A DNA stretch of 64,000 bases from an uncultured delta proteobacterium (GCA_963710425.1 CAVQAR010000020.1:105941-169940), one strand, 5' to 3'. Positions 40,425-51,215 are shown, numbered from the stretch's first letter. The notes: generated by a model from the letters alone, not told the origin. Numbers and translations: made by a program.

Positions 40425-41489
40425 ATGCCGGAAAAATCCGCATCGCGATCCGGATTCCTGTCTGCTCCGGAGATCGAGGAAATCGACATCCTCTGGATCA
40501 CCGCCGGTCTCGGATGCGACGGCGACACGATCGCGATGACCGGCGCGACTCAGCCGAGTATCGAAGACCTGCTCTTGGGCGCGATGCCCGGTATTCCGAA
40601 GGTCACGCTCCACAATCCGTTCCTCGCCTATGAAAATGGCGACGAATTCCTCGCGCCGTTTCACCTGGCCAGAGCAGGACGCCTCGAGCGTCCTTTTATT
40701 CTCGTGGTCGAAGGATCAATTCCCGACGAGACCAACAAGGCCGAGGGCTACTGGGCTGCGATGGGAACCGACCGCGCGACCGGCCAGCCGATCACGACTT
40801 GCAAATGGATTGACGATCTCGCGCCCAAGGCGTGGGCCGTGATCGCGGCCGGCACCTGCGCGACCTACGGCGGAATCCATGCGATGCAGGGCAATCCTAC
40901 CGGTGCGATGGGCCTGCCCGATTACCTCGGATGGAATTGGAAGTCGGCGGCCGGCGTCCCGATAGTTTGCGTGCCCGGTTGTCCCGTGCAGCCCGACAAC
41001 TTCATGGACACGCTCTACTATCTGCTCTGCCAGGCCGCCGGTCATGCGCCCATGATTCCGCTGGATGAAGCTCTGCGCCCGCGATGGCTCTTCACGCAGA
41101 CCGTGCACGAAGGATGCGACCGCGGCGGATACTATGAGCAGGGCGACTTCACCCTGAGTTACGGCGAACCGGCGTGCATCGTGAAACTCGGATGCTGGGG
41201 CCCGGTGGTTCACTGCAACGTCGGCAAGCGCGGGTGGATGGGCGGCGTCGGCGGATGCCCCAACGTCGGCGGCATCTGCATTGGCTGCACGATGCCGGGG
41301 TTTCCCGACAAGTTCATGCCGTTCATGGACGAGCCGCCGGGCGCGAAGTTGTCGTCGTCCGCCGTTCTGATGTATGGACGCGCGGTTCGGGCGTTGCGGC
41401 GCTTCACGATGGAATCGCTCGACAAGGAACCCGAATGGCGCCATCGCCCAGCGCAACCGGAAAATTCGATGGCGCGCAAACCAAAATGA
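40425..41489 (+). CDS. [NiFe]-hydrogenase small-subunit paralog (Tat-less, group-1h-like) with no partnering large subunit
   Basis: Complete FeS-ligand set (GCDGD; CxPGCP; HEGCDRGGYYEQGDF; CIVKLGCWGPVVHCNV; GGCPNVGGICIGC). About 75-80% identical to the operonic small subunit at 56605-57654. No large-subunit gene is adjacent. Confidence 0.85.
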   Translation: MPEKSASRSGFLSAPEIEEIDILWITAGLGCDGDTIAMTGATQPSIEDLLLGAMPGIPKVTLHNPFLAYENGDEFLAPFHLARAGRLERPFILVVEGSIPDETNKAEGYWAAMGTDRATGQPITTCKWIDDLAPKAWAVIAAGTCATYGGIHAMQGNPTGAMGLPDYLGWNWKSAAGVPIVCVPGCPVQPDNFMDTLYYLLCQAAGHAPMIPLDEALRPRWLFTQTVHEGCDRGGYYEQGDFTLSYGEPACIVKLGCWGPVVHCNVGKRGWMGGVGGCPNVGGICIGCTMPGFPDKFMPFMDEPPGAKLSSSAVLMYGRAVRALRRFTMESLDKEPEWRHRPAQPENSMARKPK

Positions 41490-43057
41490 CGACAGCTCGC
41501 AAACTTGAGCCGGTGCAAGCGCCGGAGATCGAAGCGCTTCGCGAGCGGCATCTTGGTCAGACTCAGTCAGAGGCCCAGGCCGTCCTCGAAATGATGGCGC
41601 AAGTCTTCGACCTTGGCGTTTCGACGTTTCGCTCGTTCAATGCGCCGTCGCCAAAGGAGCCGCGGCGGCTGGCGCCGGTGACCGAGGGTCACGACGCGAT
41701 CGTAACCGTAGATGACTCCGCTATCATAACCTCCTTCAGCGACGCGGCCGAGAAGACCTTCGACTACCCGGCCCGCGCCGTCATCGGTAGGCCGCTCGCG
41801 ATTCTCTTCGACTCCGCCGGAATACCGGCGCCTTCAATCTCGGCGGGAAGTCGGAACGAGCGACTGCGTCTCGGCATCCCGCTCGACGCAGTGGGAAAGC
41901 GTCGCGAAGGAACTACGTTCGCGATGGAGATGAGCAGTACCGCGGTCGAGATTGGCGGCGAGCGGCGCTTCGTCATGGTGGTGCGCGATGTAACCGAGCG
42001 CGATCGAGCCGAATCGGAACGGCGCAAGGCCGAGGCCCGCTTTCGCTCGCTGGTCGAGCAGATTCCCGCCGTCACTTTCATGGGATCGCTCAACGAAGAC
42101 AAGAATGAGTTTTACGTCAGCCCGCAGATCGAAGCCTTGTTGGGCTTCTCGCAGGACGAATGGCTGAGCGATCCGTTTCTGTGGTTCAACCAGCTTCATC
42201 CCGACGATCGCAACTACTGTAACCAGGAATTTGCGCGCGGCTGTGTCACCGGCGGTCCGTTTCGCGCCGAGTTTCGCGCGCTGACCCGCGACGGCAAGGT
42301 GGTGTGGGTTCATGGCGAGGCTCGTGTCGTGCGCGACGAGGACGGACGCCCGATGTTTATCCAGGGCGTTGCCTACGACATCACCGAGTCGAAGCGCGCG
42401 GAGGAGACGGTTCGCGCCGGCGCCGAACAGCTCAAGGCCTCGCTCGAAGAAAAGGAGGTCCTGCTGAAAGAGATTCATCACCGGGTGAAGAACAATCTGC
42501 AGGTGATCTCGAGTCTTCTGAAATTGCAGGCGACCCACATCGAAGATCCCGCCGCGCTGGAAATGTTCAACGAGAGCCGTCATCGAATTCAGACGATGGC
42601 GCTGGTGCACGAGAAGCTTTACCAATCGGAAAGTTTCTCGCGGGTGGATTTCGGCGAATACGCGCGCAGTCTTTCGTCCCTGCTGGCCAGCACCTATCGC
42701 GACAAGGCTGCGCGCCTGGCGCTCAAAACCGAGATCGAGGAGGTATCGCTCGGCGTCGATATCGCGCTGCCGCTGGGACTCATCATCAACGAGCTGATTT
42801 CCAACTCGCTGAAGTACGCGTTCCCCAATGGCGGCGAAGGAGAAGTTCGGATCGGAATAAATCGCGTCGGCAACGACCAGCTACAGTTGATAGTCGCAGA
42901 TAACGGCATCGGCTTTCCCGCTAACGTCGATTTCCGCAAAACCGAAACCCTGGGGATGCAACTGGTGCTCGCGCTCTCTGGACAAATCGGCGGCAGCGTC
43001 GAACTTCGCTCCGACGCGGGAACTGAGTTCAGAATCCTGTTCCGCCCGCGAGCCTAG
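41486..43057 (+). CDS. sensor histidine kinase with two PAS domains and an HWE/HisKA_2-type kinase core, translationally coupled (ATGA) to the small-subunit paralog
   Basis: PAS segments, an H-box (EIHHRVKNNLQVISSLL), and a C-terminal HATPase with LIVADNGIGFP. The start ATG overlaps the upstream TGA. Confidence 0.8.
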   Translation: MTTARKLEPVQAPEIEALRERHLGQTQSEAQAVLEMMAQVFDLGVSTFRSFNAPSPKEPRRLAPVTEGHDAIVTVDDSAIITSFSDAAEKTFDYPARAVIGRPLAILFDSAGIPAPSISAGSRNERLRLGIPLDAVGKRREGTTFAMEMSSTAVEIGGERRFVMVVRDVTERDRAESERRKAEARFRSLVEQIPAVTFMGSLNEDKNEFYVSPQIEALLGFSQDEWLSDPFLWFNQLHPDDRNYCNQEFARGCVTGGPFRAEFRALTRDGKVVWVHGEARVVRDEDGRPMFIQGVAYDITESKRAEETVRAGAEQLKASLEEKEVLLKEIHHRVKNNLQVISSLLKLQATHIEDPAALEMFNESRHRIQTMALVHEKLYQSESFSRVDFGEYARSLSSLLASTYRDKAARLALKTEIEEVSLGVDIALPLGLIINELISNSLKYAFPNGGEGEVRIGINRVGNDQLQLIVADNGIGFPANVDFRKTETLGMQLVLALSGQIGGSVELRSDAGTEFRILFRPRA

Positions 43058-43887
43058 CGCTCCTTTTCAGCCACTGCGGCCTTTTTTTCGCGCAAGAACG
43101 AATACCATTCACTCATTCCGTCGCCCTTGAGCACCGAGACTTGAAGAATTTTGAGCGCCGGATTGATCTGGCGCGCATAGCCGACGCATCGATCGACATT
43201 GAACGGCACGTACGGAAGCAAGTCGATCTTGTTGAGAATCATCACGTCGGCCGCGCGAAACATATGCGGATACTTGAGCGGCTTGTCGTCGCCCTCGGTC
43301 ACCGATGCGATCACGATCCGCGCGCTCTCGCCGAGGTCGAACAGTGCCGGACAAACCAGATTCCCAACATTTTCGATCATGAGAACGGACCCGGGCGGCG
43401 GCTTCAGCCGCTTCAACGCATCGGCGATCATCGCGGCGTCAAGATGACATCCGCTGCCGGTGTTAATCTGAACCGCACGGCATCCGGTCGCGCCGATTCG
43501 CTCCGCGTCGAGCGTGGTTTCCTGATCTCCCTCGACCACGCAGATAGGAATTTCAGCGCCAAGCTCGCGAATCGTACGCTCGAGCAGCGACGTCTTGCCC
43601 GCACCCGGCGAGCTCATCAGGTTGAAGGCTAAAATTTCGCGACCTTCGAGCCAGCCTCGGTTATGCTCGGCGTGATGATTGTTTTTCGCGAGAATATCCT
43701 GCTCGAGCTGAAGCGTGCGCGAGTTCGGGTGTTCGTGCGCCTCATTATGATCGTGATGATGATGCTCATGTCTATCGTGCGAGTGATCATGATGATTTTC
43801 GTTATGAGAGTGGCTGCCGTCGTGGTTCGCTGAAACAACCGTCAACCGCGTTTCGGCGCCATTGGAGCATCCGCAGGTGGAACACAT
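43054..43887 (-). CDS. hypB: hydrogenase nickel-incorporation GTPase HypB with a His-rich N-terminus
   Basis: CxxC N-terminus, His-rich stretch (HDHSHDRHEHHHHDHNEAHEH), and a G-domain (SSPGAGKTSLL...ENVGNLVCP). Confidence 0.9.
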   Translation of the reverse strand: MCSTCGCSNGAETRLTVVSANHDGSHSHNENHHDHSHDRHEHHHHDHNEAHEHPNSRTLQLEQDILAKNNHHAEHNRGWLEGREILAFNLMSSPGAGKTSLLERTIRELGAEIPICVVEGDQETTLDAERIGATGCRAVQINTGSGCHLDAAMIADALKRLKPPPGSVLMIENVGNLVCPALFDLGESARIVIASVTEGDDKPLKYPHMFRAADVMILNKIDLLPYVPFNVDRCVGYARQINPALKILQVSVLKGDGMSEWYSFLREKKAAVAEKER

Positions 43888-43888
43888 T

Positions 43889-44224
43889 TCAGACTACCTC
43901 GACTGATCGTATTTTCAGTTCCTGTCCGCTGAGCATCGCCAGGTTCGCGCTTCCACACGGGCACAATGCGATCGTGTCGATCAGCTCGACCTGCTGCGCG
44001 CAATCACGGCATCGCGCCCGGCCCGGAGTTTCCTCGATTTCGAGCTGCGCGCCCTCCATCACCGTGCCCTCGGCACAAATATCGAAACAGGCGCGCACCG
44101 CATCAGGCACCACTCCAGAAAGTTTGCCGATCACAAGCACCACGCGCAGGACCTTCTCTCCGCGAACGTGGTCCGCGACGCTCTCGACGATGCTCTCTGT
44201 GATCGCCAGTTCGTGCATTCTCAA
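43889..44224 (-). CDS. hypA: hydrogenase nickel metallochaperone HypA
   Basis: MHELAITESIV N-terminus and a C-terminal CxxC...CPCG zinc site. Confidence 0.9.
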   Translation of the reverse strand: MRMHELAITESIVESVADHVRGEKVLRVVLVIGKLSGVVPDAVRACFDICAEGTVMEGAQLEIEETPGRARCRDCAQQVELIDTIALCPCGSANLAMLSGQELKIRSVEVV

Positions 44225-44230
44225 TCCCGG

Positions 44231-44620
44231 TCACTCTCGCATCGCCGAGCGCCCCTGCATCATCAGTCCGCCAACCATCGCGACGCCATTCGCGATCAGC
44301 GCCTGGATTTCGGGTGATTTCGAAAGCATCTGCCACGCGTCCATCAAAGGCCGATTGCCCGAGAAACTCATTATCGTCTCGGCCAGGTGTCCGTTGCCCG
44401 ACAGCATGCTGCCGAGCGTCTCGGCCACCGACAGCTTCCCTTCCTCGAAGGTGCTCTGGAAGATCGAGGTTCCGGTCGCGAGCATCCCCTTGAATTCTTC
44501 GGAGTTGACGATCGTCTCCCACGCCTTGCGCAGCTCGTCGAAACGCTCAGGACCCTCTTTCGCCCCCAGCACGTAACCGAGCATGAAACCCAAAAGCGCA
44601 CCCATTGAACTAGTCCTCCC
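44231..44620 (-). CDS. small hypothetical protein (about 125 aa) read in-frame as a C-terminal extension of the HypF ORF
   Basis: HypF homology ends near ...GQVAIAASE. The ORF then continues into MGALLGFMLGYVLGAKEGPERFDELRKAWE..., unrelated to HypF. Confidence 0.3.
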   Translation of the reverse strand, partial: GRTSSMGALLGFMLGYVLGAKEGPERFDELRKAWETIVNSEEFKGMLATGTSIFQSTFEEGKLSVAETLGSMLSGNGHLAETIMSFSGNRPLMDAWQMLSKSPEIQALIANGVAMVGGLMMQGRSAMRE

Positions 44621-46875
44621 TCGCGAGCGCCGAGTCTCAGACGCGGCTATCGCAACTTGTCCAAAACTGATTCCCGCGTCATTGGTCGGGACCTGCCGAT
44701 GCGTCAGCACGTTGAATCCCACGTCCTCCAGCAATCCAACCGTCCGTCGTAGCAATAACTGGTTTTGAAATACGCCGCCGCTGAGCGCGACCAGCGCCAA
44801 TCGGCGCGCGCGCCCGATCGCGATGCATGCGTTGAGGATCATCTGCGCTATCGAATTGTGAAAACGAGCGGCAACGACTGCAATAGAAGCGCCGGCCTGC
44901 AGATCGTTCACCACTGCGCGCACCAGGTCCTTGCCGCGAATTTCAAACGGCATCGCCGATGAAACCGGGACTTCGTAAGCGCCGTCTTCCTCGAGCGACG
45001 CCCGTTGCTCAAGTTCTATCGCCGCCTGCCCTTCATAGTTGATCGTGTCGCGCACCGAAAGGATCGCCGCGACCGCATCGAACAGCCGGCCCGCGCTGGA
45101 AGTGCGCGGCGAGTTCGTATTGCTCCGCATGAGCGCGGAAATCTGCCGCCATTGATCCGCATGCCGCGCGACAACTTCCAGCTGCTCCGGAATAGTTTCA
45201 CCGTAGGCGTGATGCAGGTACGACGCCGCCATTCGCCACGGCTGTTTGATAGCCGCAGTCCCGCCCGGCATCGCGACGGATTCAAGATGGCCAACGCGCT
45301 CAAACTTCGCCAGGTCCGCGATCAGAAATTCGCCGCCCCAGATTGTGTTGTCGAGCCCGAACCCAAGCCCATCGAATGCAACTCCAATAGACGGCCCGTG
45401 CACGCCATTGTCGGCGAGGCATGCGGCAATGTGCGCGTGATGATGCTGCACGGCGACCAACTCGACGCCCTTCAACTCGAGCGCATATTTCGTGGACAGG
45501 TACTCCGGATGCAGGTCATAAGCGACTACCTGGGGATCGATATCGAACAGCCGTCGAAAATGATCGATACCCTCGCGGAACGATCGCAGGGTTTCGAAAT
45601 TTTCCAGGTCGCCGATGTGATGTGATACGAAAGCATGCTGCCGTTTCGCGACGCAAAACGTGTTCTTGAGCTCGGCGCCACAAGCCAGGATCGGCCGCCG
45701 CAGTTTGAACGGAAGCTCAATAGGCTGCGGTGCGTACCCCCGCGAACGGCGCACCGGAACTTCCCGCCCTCGCGAAACCCGCACGACGCTATCGTCAGTG
45801 CGAATATGAATCTGCCGATCGTGAATCAGGAAATAATCTGCGATGGGCGAAAGCCGCTTCGCCGCTTCATCGTCCGTGTACGCAATCGGTTCGTCAGAAA
45901 CGTTGCCGCTGGTGAACACGATCGGCGCGTTGACCGATTCGCATAAGAGATGATGCAGCGGCGTGTACGGCAACATCACACCGATGAATCGATTCGACGG
46001 CGCCACCGAATGCGCCAGATTGGCGTCGAATTTGCGCTCGAGCAGGACAACGGGACGGCGCGGACTAGTCAGCGCACGCTCTTCCACCTCATCAATCGCC
46101 GCCAGTTCGCGTGCCGCCGTCAGATTCGGCGCCATCACGGCAAACGGCTTGTCCTCACGATGCTTGCGCGATCGCAGCACTTCACCGCATCCTCATCCGA
46201 CGCGAGCGCCGCAAGATGATAGCCGCCGAGGCCTTTCACCGCGAGAATTTTTCCAGCTCTCAACAGCTCGGCAGCTTTGCGAATCGGATCGCCAGCCTGT
46301 GCGATTCCATTTCGATCGATCAAACGCACAGCAGGGCCGCATGCCGGGCAGCAAACCGGCTCCGCGTGGAATCGCCGATCGGACGGATCGTGATATTCGC
46401 GCGCGCAGTCTGCGCACATCGGAAACTCGGCCATCGTCGTCAGCCCGCGGTCGTATGGCACGCCGCGAACGACCGTGAATCGCGGACCGCAATTGGTGCA
46501 ATTGGTGAACGGGTAGCGATAGCGCCGATCAAGCGGATCGAAAATCTCGCGGATGCAGTCGTCGCAAGTCGCGATGTCGGGAGAAATCAAAACCTGCCGC
46601 TCGCCATCGACCTGGCTCGCCAGTATCGCAAATTCCGATCGTTTCGCGACCGGAATCAGCTCGGCCGTCACATTCAGTATCGATGCAAGTGGCGGCGCAT
46701 CGGTCACCAGCCGCGAGCGGAACTCCGCGACGTTCGCGACGCTTCCCTCGACCTCGATCGCGACGCCGTGCAAGTCGTTGACGATCGAACCGCCGAGCCC
46801 CAACTTTTGCGCGAGGCCGAAAACGAACGGCCGAAACCCTACCCCCTGCACGATTCCATCAATCCTGATACGCAT
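44600..46875 (-). CDS. hypF: carbamoyltransferase HypF; frameshift in the 46135-46180 overlap
   Basis: ORF 46135..46938 has the acylphosphatase domain, two Zn-finger CxxC pairs and the start of the YrdC domain. ORF 44231..46180 carries YrdC and the Kae1-like domain. Confidence 0.85.
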
Positions 46876-46946
46876 CGCCACGCGATTCCGAGGTTCGTGA
46901 GGTAACGATTGGGAGACAGTGTGTTCAGCCGGTCGCATTCCCGTCT

Positions 46947-47231
46947 CTACTCAGATTTTTTCGGCATGGGCGGCTCCATGTCCGCGAGTGGGTAAATTTT
47001 GAAGCGCGAATAGTTGAAGACCGGCGATCGCGCAAGCAGCATGTCAAGTTCCTCGTTGGAGGCGACGTCATAAATCCACGCGCCGCCATGCTGACCGGGA
47101 ATGTGGTAGCGCGAGATCACCTTGCCCTGTTTCATCAACGGCTCGGCATACTCCGGCATCGTGAGCACCGACTTCAGGACCTCGCGCGAGAGCAGCGAGA
47201 TCTCGATTCGCCAAATCACCAGGAACTTCAC
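46947..47231 (-). CDS. small dimeric alpha+beta-barrel-like protein (muconolactone-isomerase/DUF3303-like) between hypF and hypC
   Basis: MKFLVIWRIE...GAWIYDV.S.EEL..LL...P pattern. Weak support. Confidence 0.35.
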   Translation of the reverse strand: MKFLVIWRIEISLLSREVLKSVLTMPEYAEPLMKQGKVISRYHIPGQHGGAWIYDVASNEELDMLLARSPVFNYSRFKIYPLADMEPPMPKKSE

Positions 47232-47494
47232 GACGCATCCTCGTCGGCCGGGTCCTCGTCACCGCCGGTGTAGTCCCAGAGCGCCGACATCTGGTTGCGC
47301 GCAGTTTGCTCGTCGATTTTTTCCATCGCAAATCCCGCGTGAATCAATATCCAATCGCCCGGTACAAGTTTTTCGTCGCGCAAAATTCCGATGTTGATGT
47401 TGCGCGTCATGCCGGCGACATCCACCCGCGCGAGGTCCGGATGCCCGTTCTCATCCGCGAGCTTCACGATCCGGCCGACAATTCCAAGGCACAT
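47228..47494 (-). CDS. hypC: hydrogenase assembly chaperone HypC (copy 1)
   Basis: N-terminal MCLGIVG motif, 88 aa. Confidence 0.85.
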   Translation of the reverse strand: MCLGIVGRIVKLADENGHPDLARVDVAGMTRNINIGILRDEKLVPGDWILIHAGFAMEKIDEQTARNQMSALWDYTGGDEDPADEDAS

Positions 47495-47512
47495 CTTGAA
47501 TCACGCTCCCGG

Positions 47513-48595
47513 CTAGCAGATTCGCGGCAACGCCTCGCCGAAGGGCAAATCGAGCACGCGATCGCCGCCGACTGGAGTGCGCAGAATTACGAAGTCCTGA
47601 TGTTCTTCGGTGACCCGTCCGATCAAATTCGCCTCGCGGCCCAGCGGATGCCGGCGCATTGCTGCAAGGACTTCCTCCGCACGCTGTTCGGGGACGAACG
47701 CGACCAACTTGCCCTCGTTGGCGACCAGCAGCGGATCAAGTCCGAGAATTTCGCAGGCACCGCGAACCGTGTCGCGAATCGGAATCGAAGTTTCATCGAC
47801 CTCAATTCCAAGATGCTGGCGCGACGCGATTTCAACCAGCGTCGCGGCGAGGCCGCCGCGCGTCGGATCGCGCATCGCATGAATCTCGGGACACACCGTG
47901 AGCATTTCGCCAGCCAGCTCGTGCAGCGCTGCCGTGTCACTCTCGAGTGCGCCGTCGAATTCGAGTCCTTCACGCGTCGAGAGAATCGCAACTCCGTGGT
48001 CTCCGATCGTTCCCGACAACAGGATCGCGTCGCCGGGGCGAACGTTGCGCGACGACAGGTTGATTCCCGGCGGCACCACGCCGATGCCGGAAGTGTTTAT
48101 GAAAATCTTGTCGCCGCTGCCGCGGCCGACGACCTTGGTGTCGCCGGTCACGACCTGAACCCCGGCGCGCTCGGCGGCTCTCCGGGCCGACGCGACGATC
48201 CGTTCGAGATCAGCGATCGGCAGTCCTTCTTCCAGGATGAACGCAAGCGAAAGATAGAGCGGCTTGGCGCCGCCCATCGCCAGATCGTTGATCGTGCCGT
48301 TGACCGCAAGCTCGCCGATATCGCCGCCCGGAAAAAAGATCGGCGTGATCACGTACGAGTCGGTCGTGAAGGCGATTCGCGAGTTCCCGATGGCAAGGAT
48401 TGCCTGATCGTCGAGCGCTTCGAGCGCCGAGTTTCGGAACGCGGGAAGAAATATCTGCTCGACCAATCGCGAAGTCAATTTTCCGCCGCTGCCGTGACCC
48501 AACAGGATTTCCGGCGTGTCACTTATGGGCAGCGGACACTGCGCGAATGGCGTCGCAGACGAACTCTCGATGGCGCGGCCGTTGGATGATGACAT
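47513..48595 (-). CDS. hypE: hydrogenase maturation protein HypE (PurM-like carbamoyl dehydratase)
   Basis: PurM-like fold motifs and a C-terminal ...PRIC cysteine. Confidence 0.9.
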   Translation of the reverse strand: MSSSNGRAIESSSATPFAQCPLPISDTPEILLGHGSGGKLTSRLVEQIFLPAFRNSALEALDDQAILAIGNSRIAFTTDSYVITPIFFPGGDIGELAVNGTINDLAMGGAKPLYLSLAFILEEGLPIADLERIVASARRAAERAGVQVVTGDTKVVGRGSGDKIFINTSGIGVVPPGINLSSRNVRPGDAILLSGTIGDHGVAILSTREGLEFDGALESDTAALHELAGEMLTVCPEIHAMRDPTRGGLAATLVEIASRQHLGIEVDETSIPIRDTVRGACEILGLDPLLVANEGKLVAFVPEQRAEEVLAAMRRHPLGREANLIGRVTEEHQDFVILRTPVGGDRVLDLPFGEALPRIC

Positions 48596-48604
48596 CTGAC
48601 TGCC

Positions 48605-49765
48605 TTATGGGTGCGCTTTTCCGTTCGACTCAGCACGGTCTTCATTGAGTGTCGTCTTGGAGGCTGCGCGTTGCTTGTCGAGGTAGCGGCCGTATTGATA
48701 GTAGGCGGCGCAGGCGCCCTCCGCGGAGACCATGGTCGCTCCGAGCGGGCGCTGCGGAGTGCACTCCTTGCCGAACGCGGGACAATCGGAAGGCTTGCGC
48801 GCGCCGCGCAGAATCAACCCGCTGATGCATGTTTCGGATTCGCGCGTCGCGATCGATTCGACCTCGAAAATTCGCTCCGCGTCGTGATCGCGATACTCGT
48901 CGCGCAGCCGATAGCCGGACTCCGGAATCGGGCCGACTCCGCGCCAATTGCGATCAGCCACCTCGAATACCTTCGAGATCAAGTCAACCGCCGGACGATT
49001 GCCGTCGCGCGCGACCGCCCGCACGTACTGATTCTCGACTTCAGCGCGACCTGCTTCGAGTTGGCGGATGGTCATCAAAATTCCTTCGAGCAGGTCGATT
49101 GGCTCGAAGCCAGTGACGACGATTGGAACGTGAAAGCGCTCGCACAGCGCTTCATATTCGCGGTATCCGACCACCGCGCAGACGTGCCCTGGTCCAAGGA
49201 ATCCCTGCACGCGATTGTCAGGGGCCTGCAGTACGGCCGCCATCGCAGGTGGAACCAGCACGTGCGATACCAGCATCGAGAAATTCTTCACGCCCTCGAG
49301 CTTTGCGCGATACACACTCATAGCGTTGGCCGGCGCCGTGGTCTCGAAGCCGACGCCGAAAAATACAACTCGCTTGTCGGGGTTGTCGCGCGCTATCTGG
49401 AGTGCGTCGAGCGGTGAGTAAACCACGCGCACGTCGGCGCCACGGCTCTTCAAGGTCAGCAGGTCGCCGCGCGAGCCCGGCACTCGCAGCATGTCGCCGA
49501 ACGAGGTGAAGATCACATCGGAGTGACTCGCGATTGCGTGCGCCTTGTCGATCATCTCGAGCGAGGTGACGCAGACCGGGCAACCGGGGCCGTGCACCAG
49601 CTCGATGGATTCAGGGATCATCCGGTCAATCCCGTAGCGAACGATCGAATGGGTCTGGCCGCCGCATACTTCCATCAGTACCCAAGGACGCGTCGCGGTT
49701 TTGGCGATCTCTTTGGTCAGGCTCGAGGCGACGGCGCTGTCGCGATATTCGTCGAGGTATTTCAT
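48605..49765 (-). CDS. hypD: hydrogenase maturation protein HypD
   Basis: [14 protein letters not shown] and CPVC motifs. Confidence 0.9.
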   Translation of the reverse strand: MKYLDEYRDSAVASSLTKEIAKTATRPWVLMEVCGGQTHSIVRYGIDRMIPESIELVHGPGCPVCVTSLEMIDKAHAIASHSDVIFTSFGDMLRVPGSRGDLLTLKSRGADVRVVYSPLDALQIARDNPDKRVVFFGVGFETTAPANAMSVYRAKLEGVKNFSMLVSHVLVPPAMAAVLQAPDNRVQGFLGPGHVCAVVGYREYEALCERFHVPIVVTGFEPIDLLEGILMTIRQLEAGRAEVENQYVRAVARDGNRPAVDLISKVFEVADRNWRGVGPIPESGYRLRDEYRDHDAERIFEVESIATRESETCISGLILRGARKPSDCPAFGKECTPQRPLGATMVSAEGACAAYYQYGRYLDKQRAASKTTLNEDRAESNGKAHP

Positions 49766-50031
49766 GACGGCTTGCTCCTCGCGCGATTGTCGTCGGTCAG
49801 TTCCGAAGTTTGTCCAAGGTCTTCGAGTATTCGATACGAGCGCTCCGCTTCTTCGCGATCGATTTTGGAAATCGCAAAGCCGACGTGGACCACGACGAAG
49901 TCTCCGACGCCAGCTTCGGGAACGTATTGCAGACAGACCTGCCGGGTGATTCCGGCAAACCTGACGCTGCCGACGCGCAAACCGTTTTCGTCGCGCGCCG
50001 AGACGACTTCACCGGGTATTCCGAGACACAT
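49762..50031 (-). CDS. hydrogenase assembly chaperone HypC (copy 2)
   Basis: N-terminal MCLGIPG motif, 89 aa. Its stop overlaps the hypD start. Confidence 0.85.
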   Translation of the reverse strand: MCLGIPGEVVSARDENGLRVGSVRFAGITRQVCLQYVPEAGVGDFVVVHVGFAISKIDREEAERSYRILEDLGQTSELTDDNRARSKPS

Positions 50032-50043
50032 AGGCTGCCTCCG

Positions 50044-50556
50044 TCAAGATTCGAGCTGCGCTATCACCAATCCTCGAAGCTTCACATCCGGATAAACCTG
50101 GAGCATCAAAAACTTCGGCGGCTGGAGCCCGAAGTTGCGGATGTCAATTGTCTGCTCGCCCTGGAACTCGACCGTGTTGGCATCGACAATTCGCATCCGC
50201 ACGTCGCCCGTGACCGCGCTGGTCTGTCCGCGCAGCGACAGTTCGCCTTGCACTCGATAGGTAGTGCCCGAATCAACTGCCTTCACGCTGATTACCTTGC
50301 CGCGGACGCGCGGGTACTTGCGCGTCTCGAGCTTACTCGTCAATTCGCGATCGTAGAGACCGTTGCCGGTCTTCAGCAGCGACGCGTCGAGTTCGACACT
50401 GCCGCTCACCGGCGCATTCGCATCGAGATGCCCATCGACGATCGTCATTTCCAAAACACCCTCGAGGCCGGTGGTTTCGACTTTGATCGGATGCAAGCTC
50501 GAACGCGCTTCCGCCCAGATTTTCGAACGTTCAGGCACCAGGCGGTATCTCGCCAT
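50044..50556 (-). CDS. YceI-like (lipid/polyisoprenoid-binding beta-barrel) protein, hydrogenase-cluster associated
   Basis: About 170 aa, with a pattern consistent with the YceI family. Weak support. Confidence 0.35.
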   Translation of the reverse strand: MARYRLVPERSKIWAEARSSLHPIKVETTGLEGVLEMTIVDGHLDANAPVSGSVELDASLLKTGNGLYDRELTSKLETRKYPRVRGKVISVKAVDSGTTYRVQGELSLRGQTSAVTGDVRMRIVDANTVEFQGEQTIDIRNFGLQPPKFLMLQVYPDVKLRGLVIAQLES

Positions 50557-50599
50557 CTCAAACTCCTCTCATCGCGCGAGCGAAACAGTCGCGCGCGCT

Positions 50600-51202
50600 C
50601 TACATCTCGCGAATCTGGATGTAGCGTGCGATGTCGGGCAGCGAGGTCACTACCACGTACGCGACTCCGAGAAGCACCGCGGTCGCAATTAGTTTCTTAA
50701 ACATTGGTTCTGACTCCTTTCGTGGTTTCGATTCGATCAGCTCGATCACTTCATCAATCAGTTCTCGCACAACCGATATCGCTTCGTCGACTGCGCGGCT
50801 CACCAACTCGCTGAGACCGATTCTCTCGACCAGATCCGCCGGCTCGCATCCGACCACCAGCACCCTGCGCACTCGTCCGCCAAGCGCAGCGAGCGTCGCG
50901 AGGACCGCGTCGGGATTCATCGTGTGCGCGTCGGTCGCAGGATTGACCGGATCGTGCTCGAGGTCGGGCTCGATCAGGTAGATCGTTCCCGGTTCATCGC
51001 CACGCTGCACGGCATCGATCAAAATGAGCGTGTCGTAGCCTTCGAGCAGTTGAAACGCGAGATGCATCCCGCGAATCCCGTAGTCTTCGACTTCGACGCC
51101 TGGTGGAAACGTCTCACCGCTCAAACGTCGCGCGACCTCGACTCCGAAGCCGTCATCAGCGAGAAAAATATTCCCGACGCCCGCCACCATTACCCGGTTC
51201 AT
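50600..51202 (-). CDS. hydrogenase maturation endopeptidase (HycI/HupD/HoxM family) with an in-frame C-terminal extension containing a TM helix
   Basis: MNRVMVAGVGNIFLADDGFG...VVGCEP core. A C-terminal ...MFKKLIATAVLLGVAYVVVTSLP extension follows. Confidence 0.75.
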   Translation of the reverse strand: MNRVMVAGVGNIFLADDGFGVEVARRLSGETFPPGVEVEDYGIRGMHLAFQLLEGYDTLILIDAVQRGDEPGTIYLIEPDLEHDPVNPATDAHTMNPDAVLATLAALGGRVRRVLVVGCEPADLVERIGLSELVSRAVDEAISVVRELIDEVIELIESKPRKESEPMFKKLIATAVLLGVAYVVVTSLPDIARYIQIREM

Positions 51203-51215
51203 CGCGGCACCTGCG

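Noticed and set aside
41210-41551. Identical antisense peptide (…NGMNLSG.PGIV.P.Q.PPTLGHPPTPPIHPRL) predicted at both small-subunit loci (41210..41551- and 56639..56959+)
   Set aside because: The conservation is explained by the high nucleotide identity of the two paralogous small-subunit genes on the coding strand. It is not an independent overlapping gene.
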